Source: an uncultured Gammaproteobacteria bacterium
GTDB lineage: Bacteria; Patescibacteriota; Microgenomatia; UBA8517; UBA10165
Direction of reading: 5' to 3'
DNA length: 56,461 bases
NCBI GenBank assembly: GCA_964564005.1
Contig: CAZLZK010000001.1
Location: 3,588 to 60,048 of the forward strand
Both the position numbers and the translations under genes were made by a program. Position 1 is the stretch's first letter. Every line of letters starts with the position of its first letter. Below the pieces are notes generated by a model. The model did not search any database. It had not been told where the DNA came from and worked only from the letters and a program-made list of their open reading frames with translations. Shown piece after piece: positions 9,161 through 17,709 of the stretch.

Positions 9161-10831
9161 CTAGAGAATTTCAATAATTCGAAAGGCTGTCCTCACATCA
9201 GGAAATTTTATCTCATCAATCAACTTGAAATTTTTTGGATCATTCGAGATTTCTGGGGGAACTTTAATAGGGTCAACTACAAAAAGCTTGCCGGCCATTC
9301 CACGGTCTGCTGACCAGTTAATATCGCGGAAGGTTATATTATCTAGTTTCGAAACTAACCCTACGTCTCCATATTGATTTAGTATATACACACTCTTTGC
9401 TGTCTTTTGATATTTTGCCGGATCATATTTTTGGTAAAACAAAAAGAAAATATAGGGTTGGGCATAATCTTGTTTGACGACAATCTCCTTATACTCTCTT
9501 TGTAATGGTGTAAGCTTTTCAACTATTTGTTTATATCCATATTGCCAAAATGGTGCATTTTGTTTAGGCGCATGCACCCAATATTGGTCGAGATAATAGG
9601 TGTAATTGGACAAATAGAGGATAGAGAATAGAGAGTAGATGGGAAAGGCAAAACGCCCAAGGCGCAATCGCTTCTCCCACAAGAGGCTTGCGCCGAGAGC
9701 CAAAATTATCGTGATGGGGATAACCATATTTAAGCTCCTTACGGCGTGGACAGAATCCCTGGAGAGCGCAGCTGGCAATGGAGAGGATAATAAAAGAAGC
9801 CACAAAAAGATAGTGCTTTCTCTCCTCCTTATTTGTGCGAGCGCTACCAGTCCTGAAATTAAAAATATAAGATCGAGAACTAAAATTACACCTGCATTTG
9901 GAACTCCTTGTCTGGGATTACTCCAATCGCCTTCGAAAAACAAAAACCGGCTGGAATAATGATTAAACCAACGACTTAAAACCCCTCGGGTGAAATTAAG
10001 ACGCTCCGAATGAAAAAGGATATACTGCCAGGAGTCAATCCCAACGTTATCCGGCCGCAGTATTTCCTGTACCGTTTCGGGGGAGCGTTCATATGAGAAG
10101 ATGCTGTAAACTTCAAGCCTGCCGGTTTTCCCTTGAAGGAGGCTTGTCAGAACCGGCATGCTAATCAAAATACCCAAGATAACACTATTAGTAATAATGC
10201 TGCGCGGGATTTTAGAAAAGCTTCGAAAGAGTGCAAACACAATTCCCAAAACAACTATGGCACTTGAAAGTTTTGCTCCCTGATAAGTCCACAGTGTCAA
10301 CGCAAAGAATACAGCTGAAAAGAGTAGTCGCTTTGGTGTCCCCGAAACCGCCATAAGGAAAAAATAAATCCCGGCAAGAGTTAGGGTTAAGGCAATATTG
10401 GCTTCCCATGCGCCTCGAGAAAATTGTAAATGCCACGGAGAAATTGCAAGGAAAAAGCCTCCCAAAAGTGCAACTCTCTCTTTTTGAAAAAGTTTTAAAG
10501 TTATTAGATAAAATAGCCAAACGGCAATAATCCCTGCCACGGCAGCGGGAAGGCGGACAGCCCACTCATTAAGGCCTAGGACCGCAACAAACGGAACGTC
10601 TAGATAAACATAGAGTCCGGGTTTCCAGTCCCCAAAAGACTTAAAAACAACCGGCAAGAATTCCCCGTGTTCATCCTTTCCTGTTTTAAGAATCGAGTAT
10701 GCGTTATAACCCAATGCCGCCTCGTCGTTCGTCAGATGAGGGGGGTTATTTGAAAGTCCCCAAAGACGCAAGACAGCTCCTAAGATCAAAATAAGCACTA
10801 ACCATTTATTAATTTTAAGTGTCTCAATCAT
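9161..10831 (-). CDS. GT-C fold membrane glycosyltransferase, PMT_2/ArnT-like (family A, paralog 2)
   Basis: 556 aa. TNDEAALGYNAYSILKTGKDEHG, AVRLPAA, ISPWHLQFSRGAWEAN, C-terminal QPYIFFLFYQKYDPAKYQ. Confidence 0.8.
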   Translation of the reverse strand: MIETLKINKWLVLILILGAVLRLWGLSNNPPHLTNDEAALGYNAYSILKTGKDEHGEFLPVVFKSFGDWKPGLYVYLDVPFVAVLGLNEWAVRLPAAVAGIIAVWLFYLITLKLFQKERVALLGGFFLAISPWHLQFSRGAWEANIALTLTLAGIYFFLMAVSGTPKRLLFSAVFFALTLWTYQGAKLSSAIVVLGIVFALFRSFSKIPRSIITNSVILGILISMPVLTSLLQGKTGRLEVYSIFSYERSPETVQEILRPDNVGIDSWQYILFHSERLNFTRGVLSRWFNHYSSRFLFFEGDWSNPRQGVPNAGVILVLDLIFLISGLVALAQIRRRESTIFLWLLLLSSPLPAALSRDSVHAVRSLNMVIPITIILALGASLLWEKRLRLGRFAFPIYSLFSILYLSNYTYYLDQYWVHAPKQNAPFWQYGYKQIVEKLTPLQREYKEIVVKQDYAQPYIFFLFYQKYDPAKYQKTAKSVYILNQYGDVGLVSKLDNITFRDINWSADRGMAGKLFVVDPIKVPPEISNDPKNFKLIDEIKFPDVRTAFRIIEIL

Positions 10832-12540
10832 ATCTGTTCTAGAATATCGAAGGCCGCCTTACCGTCAAGAAAGTCAATTGTTTTTAGTTTACGCCACCCT
10901 GGGGGATAATTACCGGGGCTTGTGACAAGAAGTGCCCTCCCGTCAATTTCTATTTCTTGTCCACTTTCCAACTTCCAATTTCCATCTTCTACCCTAGGTA
11001 TTCCCCAATCATTAACAAAATAAAATTTGTCGAACCGGTCAACCCAATACCAATTTGTTTGAAAGAAGCGAATTAAGTTGGGATCATTTTGATATTTCTC
11101 TGGATCCCAACGCCAGTAAAACAAGAAAAATTCATGCGGCTCTCCGTACTTTTTGGTAACAACAATCTGGTCGTCCTTATCATAATTTTGTTTGACATAT
11201 TGAACAACTTCCTTATATCCGTATTGCCAAGACCATGAATAGTTTTTTTTGTATTCGTCAAAGTATTTCATAAGATAACCCCCAACTGACCATCCAAGTA
11301 AAAACAAATAGATGGTTACGAGGATATATTTGATATTTGCTATTTGATTCGAAGACAAGCTATGTTTATATTTGCTATTTTTAACCCGGTCCCACGCTGC
11401 CACCAGTCCCACGCTCGTAAGAACCATGGGTATGGGTAATATTATAATTGAGCGAAGAACATGTGGAGCTTCCCGAGTTAAACTTGATGCAACTGGAGCG
11501 AGAATAATCCAGCCGAGAATAATCCACGAAGTTCGACTTCTCTTTTTCGAAAGGTAAATAAACCCTGCCAAGATAAATGGAGCATTTATCGCATAAAGCA
11601 ATCCGTGTCCAGGAATACTAAAGTGGAACTGACTACCACCGCCAAGGAATAAAAACTCTGGAGAGAAATGAGAAAGCCAGTTTGCAGCAAACTTTGGCAC
11701 AAAATAAGTAACCTTATTGTGTGCTAGACGCGCTAAAACCGCAGGGAGCCTGGAGGCACCACGCGCTTGGTTTATCTCGTGTATTGCTCCTTCGTCCAAA
11801 ATCGCTACCCAGACGTAGCGAGCTTGGCCCTGAGGATTTGCGAGTTGCCAGAACATGGGCAGGAAGAAAAAAGTAATAAGTAATAAGGAAGAAGTAAAAA
11901 GTCTTCTACTGGTGTTCCACAGAGAAAAAAGTTCCTTTCTGTAAAGAACGGCAAATAGTACAAGAAGAAGTGGAACAAAAATACGCGCAGAGTTGTAAGT
12001 CCAAACGGCTAGGCCAAGCAATGTTGCGGAAACTGGCAGGAATTTTACTTTCTCGATGCCAAGCAAGAAAAAATGTACTCCGGAGACAATCAGCATCAGA
12101 GCAAAATTTGCCTCAAAAGCCGGCCGGGAAAGAAAAGAGCTCCACGGCTCAACTGCTACCAACAGGGCGGCAATGAGCCCCACTCTTCTACCAAAAAGTT
12201 TTTTAGTAAGTAGAAATGTAAAAAGAACTGTAGCTACTCCTGCAAGTACAGAAGGTAGCCGTACCGCAAAAGAAGTCAAGCCAAAGACCGCTTCCGATAG
12301 GGCTGTCGCATATATATAAACCGGAAGTTTATAGTCTCCATATGCCCTAAAGATAGTTGGGAAAGATACTCCCCACTCGTCCTTGCCGGTTTTTAAAATT
12401 GAGTAGGCGTTCCACCCGTGGCTAACTTCATCCCAGTTCAGAGCTGGTGGAATAGTAGTCAGATTAATAATCCTCAACAAAAATGCAACTACCAAAATTA
12501 CGGTTAAGACTACTGCGGTTAGCAACTGACTTTTAGTCAT
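10828..12540 (-). CDS. GT-C fold membrane glycosyltransferase, PMT_2/ArnT-like (family A, paralog 3)
   Basis: 570 aa. NWDEVSHGWNAYSILKTGKDEWG, AVRLPSV, VEPWSSFLSRPAFEAN, C-terminal EPHEFFLFYWRWDPEKYQ. Confidence 0.8.
   Translation of the reverse strand: MTKSQLLTAVVLTVILVVAFLLRIINLTTIPPALNWDEVSHGWNAYSILKTGKDEWGVSFPTIFRAYGDYKLPVYIYATALSEAVFGLTSFAVRLPSVLAGVATVLFTFLLTKKLFGRRVGLIAALLVAVEPWSSFLSRPAFEANFALMLIVSGVHFFLLGIEKVKFLPVSATLLGLAVWTYNSARIFVPLLLVLFAVLYRKELFSLWNTSRRLFTSSLLLITFFFLPMFWQLANPQGQARYVWVAILDEGAIHEINQARGASRLPAVLARLAHNKVTYFVPKFAANWLSHFSPEFLFLGGGSQFHFSIPGHGLLYAINAPFILAGFIYLSKKRSRTSWIILGWIILAPVASSLTREAPHVLRSIIILPIPMVLTSVGLVAAWDRVKNSKYKHSLSSNQIANIKYILVTIYLFLLGWSVGGYLMKYFDEYKKNYSWSWQYGYKEVVQYVKQNYDKDDQIVVTKKYGEPHEFFLFYWRWDPEKYQNDPNLIRFFQTNWYWVDRFDKFYFVNDWGIPRVEDGNWKLESGQEIEIDGRALLVTSPGNYPPGWRKLKTIDFLDGKAAFDILEQI
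11348..11368 (-). repeat. Single inverted copy of the 21-bp repeat family
   Basis: The plus strand reads TTCGAAGACAAGCTATGTTTA. Its reverse complement TAAACATAGCTTGTCTTCGAA matches unit TAAACAGAGCTTGTCTTCGAT at 52547 in 19 of 21 positions. Encodes KHSLSSN inside 10828..12540. Confidence 0.7.
11871..11898. repeat. Heptanucleotide tandem tract AAGTAAT x2 plus 2 degenerate units
   Basis: AAGTAAT AAGTAAT AAGGAAG AAGTAAA. Shares a 16-mer AGTAATAAGTAATAAG with the 7961 tract, but sits at a non-homologous position in paralog 10828..12540 (SSLLLITFFF). Confidence 0.8.
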
Positions 12541-14236
12541 GCTTTATTTTTGAACCAGCTTTGTTTAAGCGTTGTGAATTTATCGATAACCTAATGGCTA
12601 AGATTAATGCGAGCAGTGAGACTACATCGAGAATTCTCTTGAAAACTGTTTCTTGAAAATAAACCTCGACTAAAGTATTACCCTTAGGAACTGTAAAAGT
12701 AATCTGGCCAAAAGGTTCGCCGATTTTTATATATTGCCGCCTGCCGTTTATTTTTAGTACCCATCCGGGGAAAAAATACTTATTATAGTTAAAAGTTTTT
12801 TCTTGCGGGGTTGAAATATTTATAAGGTGATGCAAACTATTGATAGTGTTTACCTGTACAATTGACGGGTCATCCGGAGTTACAATTGGATAATTTTGGG
12901 CAGGTCGCTCGAGTGTAGCATTAGGCAACCTCAAATATTCTTCCTGGGTCAGCTTGTAATCTGCGCTTGCCTGAGGAGCAGGGATGTATCTATTCAAATA
13001 ATAGCTATCGTCGCGGGCTAGGAAATCGTGCGGTTTAAAAAAATTGCCGTTAATTAATATGGTCGCTACTATTAAGATTGCGGCGGTTAATTCTTTGAAT
13101 TTGATCACGTCCAAACTTACTACCAAGAGTGGTGTTGCGAATGTTGTGATCATTAAAAACCGCCAGGGAAATTGAAAATAAGGCAGGAGCGGTAGATTAT
13201 CCCAAAAATAAGTTGACCTAAAATTCATCATAAAAATTGAAATAAGCACTGAGGCCAGACACCAAATTAAGAGTATTTTTTGCTTAGGCGAATACCTTTT
13301 CCTAAAGATGGTAATGCTTAGAGCGGTTAGGACAATTAAAACAATGTTTATCGCACCCATAAAAAAGGACATCCCGTCATACGGGCCAGGAACAGATGCT
13401 CCATAACCAAAGTAAGGCCTTATTAATTGAATCAAAGTGGGAAAATGATCTTTAAAATTAAAGACCGTATCGTATTTTACTAAACCGCTGTCCAGAAGTG
13501 CGGGCACCCAAAAGAAACTAGCTCCGGAAAATCCTAAAATGAGCATCAAAATTACATACCAGAAGTTGACTCTCTTTTTCTGGACTTTGGGAAAGACTAA
13601 GAATAAGAAGAAGAGAATAGCAAAAGGCAAAAACATATAGGTGGCAATATTGTGTGATAACACTAAACCAGAAAGTGACAGTGCTCCTAACCCTATCCAC
13701 CGAAGACTTAACCTATCTTTTATCGAGAGTTTGTATATACAAAGCAAGGCTGCGGGAAAGAAGACAAAAGCTAACGCTTCCCCAATTGCTCCTCGGATAT
13801 AAATATCCGTCGATCGATAAGGGGTGTATATGTATATTAATGCACCAGCGAGACTTAAGGCTTTTGACGTAAATTCTTTTAATAAAACAAATATCAAAAA
13901 TGCTGAAAAAACAATACTAATCAAAAAGACGCCTTTAATACTATCCACAAAAGATAGTCCTACCTTATGAAATATTTCGCCAATATAAAAAGGTAGAGGA
14001 AAAACAAAATTAAAAAGCGGATAGCCAAAACCGAAACTTAGATCTGGCACAAAACGAGGCGGAATTTGACCTGTCCCAAGCGCTCTATCCATTTCAAAAA
14101 GCCAAGCTATATGAAGATCGTCAGATGCTCCATAAAATCCCGGCATAAAAAGCGCCCATACCGCCGGAATTGCCAAAATGATTAGCAGAAATGGCCAAGA
14201 GCGATTAACTGTCTTTTCTAAAATTCCTAATCTCAT
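12533..14236 (-). CDS. Polytopic membrane protein of the 'PTPS_related' type (family B, paralog 1 of 3), GT-C-like candidate
   Basis: 567 aa. GASDDLHIAWLFEMDRAL..GQIPPRFVPDLSFGFGYPLFNFVFPLPFY, many TM helices, beta-rich C-terminal domain followed by a final TM. Confidence 0.65.
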   Translation of the reverse strand: MRLGILEKTVNRSWPFLLIILAIPAVWALFMPGFYGASDDLHIAWLFEMDRALGTGQIPPRFVPDLSFGFGYPLFNFVFPLPFYIGEIFHKVGLSFVDSIKGVFLISIVFSAFLIFVLLKEFTSKALSLAGALIYIYTPYRSTDIYIRGAIGEALAFVFFPAALLCIYKLSIKDRLSLRWIGLGALSLSGLVLSHNIATYMFLPFAILFFLFLVFPKVQKKRVNFWYVILMLILGFSGASFFWVPALLDSGLVKYDTVFNFKDHFPTLIQLIRPYFGYGASVPGPYDGMSFFMGAINIVLIVLTALSITIFRKRYSPKQKILLIWCLASVLISIFMMNFRSTYFWDNLPLLPYFQFPWRFLMITTFATPLLVVSLDVIKFKELTAAILIVATILINGNFFKPHDFLARDDSYYLNRYIPAPQASADYKLTQEEYLRLPNATLERPAQNYPIVTPDDPSIVQVNTINSLHHLINISTPQEKTFNYNKYFFPGWVLKINGRRQYIKIGEPFGQITFTVPKGNTLVEVYFQETVFKRILDVVSLLALILAIRLSINSQRLNKAGSKIKHD

Positions 14237-15999
14237 GAATCACCGTTGACAAAAGGGTTTTTTATTTTGGGACTTTGAGTTGCCAAGATAATCAGAAAAA
14301 CTAGTAGACTTGCGCCACTGACCGCATTGCCTATCGATCTAACCAATGTATCTTGGAGTTGGGCTTTGATTTTATGTTTACCGGGAGATGCCTTGAAGCT
14401 AATAAGCCCAAGACAAATTTCTTCACTTCGGCAATCATCGTGACCGTGTGCTGTTTTACTATTATCGACAGTGACTTGCATGCCAGGAAAATCAAAAAGC
14501 GGCAATCTTATGGTTGCATCTTTTTGGACATCAACTAGTCCCACCTGAAAATTACTACCTTTCTTATAATTAACAAATTTAGCTTGGCCATCAAGAATTT
14601 CCGGTAAATCTGGTGCTTTATGGTTAGGTGGTAGCTTTGCATAGATCGGCAAATAATCGAATATGCTCGTAGTTAGTTGAATATCCCAACTTTTGCCAGA
14701 AAATTTTTCCTGATCACTAATCTGGTACCAATCTTTTGGACGAAAAAAATTGGCATACAAGGCTAAAACCAAGATAATTACGGATATCGAAAATATATGC
14801 GTAAGGTTTATTCTCCAGGGCAAAACGTTACTAATCTCTCTATTCTTGATTTGACTAGATAGAAAAATACCAATTGCCGTGAGGGTAGAGAGCAGAAAAC
14901 TACTAGGGCCAAGTAATCGCCAAGGGAATTGCAGATACGCCAAGGGCGAAAATAAATTCCAGACAAAAGATGATCTTTGATGCATTAAAAATAGTAGTGA
15001 CAATTCAACCAGAGCAAGGAAAAAAACTATTAAAGAGAGTTTGCGATTTTTTTTAAAAAATAAGATTGCCAAGAGAGCGGTAAACAGACTAAAAATCCAA
15101 GAAATTTGCCCAACCGATAACGTTAGATCATCATTTGGTCCTAAGACTGACGAACCATACCCAAAATGGTTAGAAATAAAGAGTTCGTAAATGTTTACAA
15201 AATGTTGCCTGTAATCAAAATATCCTCCCAAAAGAGTTTCTGTATGAGCATATTGTTTTTCAAAAACTACCGGAAGTAGAAAAAATGCTGCCAAACCAAC
15301 CCCCAAAACTCCACTAAGAATAGTCTTAATGGCGTTATTCCACCTATCTTCAATTGCTAAGACTGCCAATATCCAAAGAGCAAGAATTGGAACGAAAATA
15401 AAAGACATAAGATTGTGAGTTAACAAAAGAAGGGCCAAAGAAAGAGAAAAATATAAAAAATATTTTAACTTTCCGGATCTGATCAAATTGTAAGAAGACC
15501 AAAAAAGTAATGGGAAAAATGTCAGCGCCCAAAACTCGCTTATCGCACCTCTAACGTACACCTCTTGTGCCCTAAATGGAGCATAGCCGTAAAGGACGCT
15601 ACTTCCTAGTGCTGCCCATTTGTTCAAAAATGTATTCAAAAATAAATACATTAAGAGTGGTGCGCTGATAAATCCTAAGATAAAAATAACCTTTACAGAG
15701 TCTATGATTGAGATTCCCAACCTGTGAAGACCTACACCAAAATAAAAAATACCCGGTGAGTAATAATTAAAAAGCGGGTAGCCATACTGATATCCAGCGT
15801 CAGGAACCCAGCGACAAGGGACTTGGCCATCATCAAAACATTTGTCCATCTGCTGTATTCGAAATGCTTGAAGATCATCTTGCATTGTGAAATAACCGGG
15901 TCTTACAAGTGGGGAAAAAGTCGGAACTGTTATTATAAAAAGTAAAATTGGAAAAATTATTGCTTGACTTTTAAATAACTTTTTAAAAGAAATATCCAT
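14233..15999 (-). CDS. Polytopic membrane protein of the 'PTPS_related' type (family B, paralog 2)
   Basis: MQDDLQAFRIQQMDKCFDDGQVPCRWVPDAGYQYGYPLFNYYSPGIFY. The ORF track starts at 16029, but Met at 15999 (MDISFKK) avoids overlap with the upstream stop at 16008. Confidence 0.65.
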   Translation of the reverse strand: MDISFKKLFKSQAIIFPILLFIITVPTFSPLVRPGYFTMQDDLQAFRIQQMDKCFDDGQVPCRWVPDAGYQYGYPLFNYYSPGIFYFGVGLHRLGISIIDSVKVIFILGFISAPLLMYLFLNTFLNKWAALGSSVLYGYAPFRAQEVYVRGAISEFWALTFFPLLFWSSYNLIRSGKLKYFLYFSLSLALLLLTHNLMSFIFVPILALWILAVLAIEDRWNNAIKTILSGVLGVGLAAFFLLPVVFEKQYAHTETLLGGYFDYRQHFVNIYELFISNHFGYGSSVLGPNDDLTLSVGQISWIFSLFTALLAILFFKKNRKLSLIVFFLALVELSLLFLMHQRSSFVWNLFSPLAYLQFPWRLLGPSSFLLSTLTAIGIFLSSQIKNREISNVLPWRINLTHIFSISVIILVLALYANFFRPKDWYQISDQEKFSGKSWDIQLTTSIFDYLPIYAKLPPNHKAPDLPEILDGQAKFVNYKKGSNFQVGLVDVQKDATIRLPLFDFPGMQVTVDNSKTAHGHDDCRSEEICLGLISFKASPGKHKIKAQLQDTLVRSIGNAVSGASLLVFLIILATQSPKIKNPFVNGDS

Positions 16000-16007
16000 C
16001 TTTTTAT

Positions 16008-17696
16008 TTATTGACTCATTACAACCCAAAGCGCGTCCTGGCCACTAGGATACTTAATGCGGCTAACAATATTAGCCGTTTGAGAAAACTCTCCCGGTTT
16101 ACCCACAAGAAGTTGTCCGGGCTCCTCCGTTTTGCCTATTCCGCGAAATATATACTTCCCAAGCCGATATTCTCCCAGTTGGTCAAGAAAGGAGCGTCCC
16201 TCTTTCTCATACCTTAACCAGTCGGGTGCGTTTTCTTGATAGTTAGAAGGATCCCACTGTTTGTAAAAAGCTACATAAATATGGGGCTCTGAGAGCGAGC
16301 GACTAAAAACAATCCTTTCGTATTTATCTTCAATAGATTTTACAAATTCAATTGCTTCCCCTCTCCCATAAAGCATCGACTGTGCTCCTTGAACGGGCGC
16401 GTGGTAACGATAGTCTTCTAAGAAAAATATTAAAGAGGGAAACAAGATAACAAGATAGCAGGACAATAAGAAGCGCTTGGACATCCTGCTCCACTTAAGG
16501 AATTGATCAAATAAAGCTATACCACCATAGGCAGAGAGGATTTGTATTGCCGGCATCATGATCGCAGCCCTATTTGCGGCAAAGCCTGGACCTTTAGCCA
16601 GGGCTGCCGGAATTGGTGCTAGAAGGATCCACAACAGAATTATTCCGAGGCCAGCACCTTTCTTTTTCACCACCATCCAAACTGCCGCCAGAATAAACGG
16701 CAATTCAATCAAATAAAGAGCGCCACGTCCTGGTATCATCCCGTAAGTCCATTCTCCTGCTCCTTGAGTAAACAGGAACTGAGGCGAAAGGTAAGAAAAG
16801 TATCCCCCTACAAATTGATCAAAAACAAAGGTTGCTTTGTTAATAAATATCCGCTCCAAAGAATCCGGAAATCCCTGAAGAACTGCTTCGTAGCGACGGT
16901 CCGCGACGGAGGCCCATCGGTCCGTCGGATTAAATATCGCAACATCCCCACCCCTTGCCCCAGCCCCTCCAAACATCGTGTAGCCTGCTATTGCCAAAAA
17001 GACCAACCCGACTGCACCTGCCTGCCAGTATTTCTTTACACTTATATGTAAAGGTGTAAAGTCCTCGCGGTGAAACCAACTAAGGCCTGCGACTAAAATA
17101 GGAGTAAGTAGGCGTGCTGAGTGGTAGGAAAAGAGGTTGAGTCCGAAGGCAAAGGCTGCCAGAAACATCCATCGTGGTTTCTCTATGCCCTTCAAAAATG
17201 CCCAAACCCCCAATGGAACAAAAAAGGTTGTCAGATTTGCCTCAAAAGCGCCTCGCGAGAGAGAAACGTGCCAAGGGGAAATAGTCAAGAGAAGCGCAGC
17301 AAACAGCGCGACCGAGAAGCGCTGATTTCTAAAAAGCTCCATCACCAGTAAATATGTCGCCAGCACGGCCAGTGTGCCAAACACAGCGTTTGGTAGTCGC
17401 ACTGCAAACTCATTAAGCCCGAAGGCTGCAACTGAAGGTATAGCAAGATAGGTATATAAAGGGAGCTTAAAGTCTCCAAAGGAACGGAATGTTAGGGGCC
17501 AGCTCTCTCCCCACTGATCTTTCCCTGTTTTTAAAAGAGAATAAGCATCATATCCAAAAGAAGCCTCGTCAGGATTAAATCCAACCGGGTAAGAGGCTAT
17601 AGCAACAGTCCGCAGTAAAAAAGCAAGAACAACAATCCCAACAATAAATACACCGCGCATCAGATTATTATACAGGCAGTTTCGAGAACGAAGCAA
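16008..17696 (-). CDS. GT-C fold membrane glycosyltransferase, PMT_2/ArnT-like (family A, paralog 4)
   Basis: 562 aa. NPDEASFGYDAYSLLKTGKDQWG, AVRLPNA, ISPWHVSLSRGAFEAN, C-terminal EPHIYVAFYKQWDPSNYQ. Confidence 0.8.
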   Translation of the reverse strand: MLRSRNCLYNNLMRGVFIVGIVVLAFLLRTVAIASYPVGFNPDEASFGYDAYSLLKTGKDQWGESWPLTFRSFGDFKLPLYTYLAIPSVAAFGLNEFAVRLPNAVFGTLAVLATYLLVMELFRNQRFSVALFAALLLTISPWHVSLSRGAFEANLTTFFVPLGVWAFLKGIEKPRWMFLAAFAFGLNLFSYHSARLLTPILVAGLSWFHREDFTPLHISVKKYWQAGAVGLVFLAIAGYTMFGGAGARGGDVAIFNPTDRWASVADRRYEAVLQGFPDSLERIFINKATFVFDQFVGGYFSYLSPQFLFTQGAGEWTYGMIPGRGALYLIELPFILAAVWMVVKKKGAGLGIILLWILLAPIPAALAKGPGFAANRAAIMMPAIQILSAYGGIALFDQFLKWSRMSKRFLLSCYLVILFPSLIFFLEDYRYHAPVQGAQSMLYGRGEAIEFVKSIEDKYERIVFSRSLSEPHIYVAFYKQWDPSNYQENAPDWLRYEKEGRSFLDQLGEYRLGKYIFRGIGKTEEPGQLLVGKPGEFSQTANIVSRIKYPSGQDALWVVMSQ

Positions 17697-17709
17697 AAGA
17701 ACAACTTAC

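Noticed and set aside
12533-16029. Family B proteins resemble the family named '6-pyruvoyl-tetrahydropterin synthase related'. Could this indicate pterin metabolism?
   Set aside because: They are 570-600 aa polytopic membrane proteins with no PTPS catalytic motifs. The family name is historical. Context and topology point to GT-C-like envelope enzymes.
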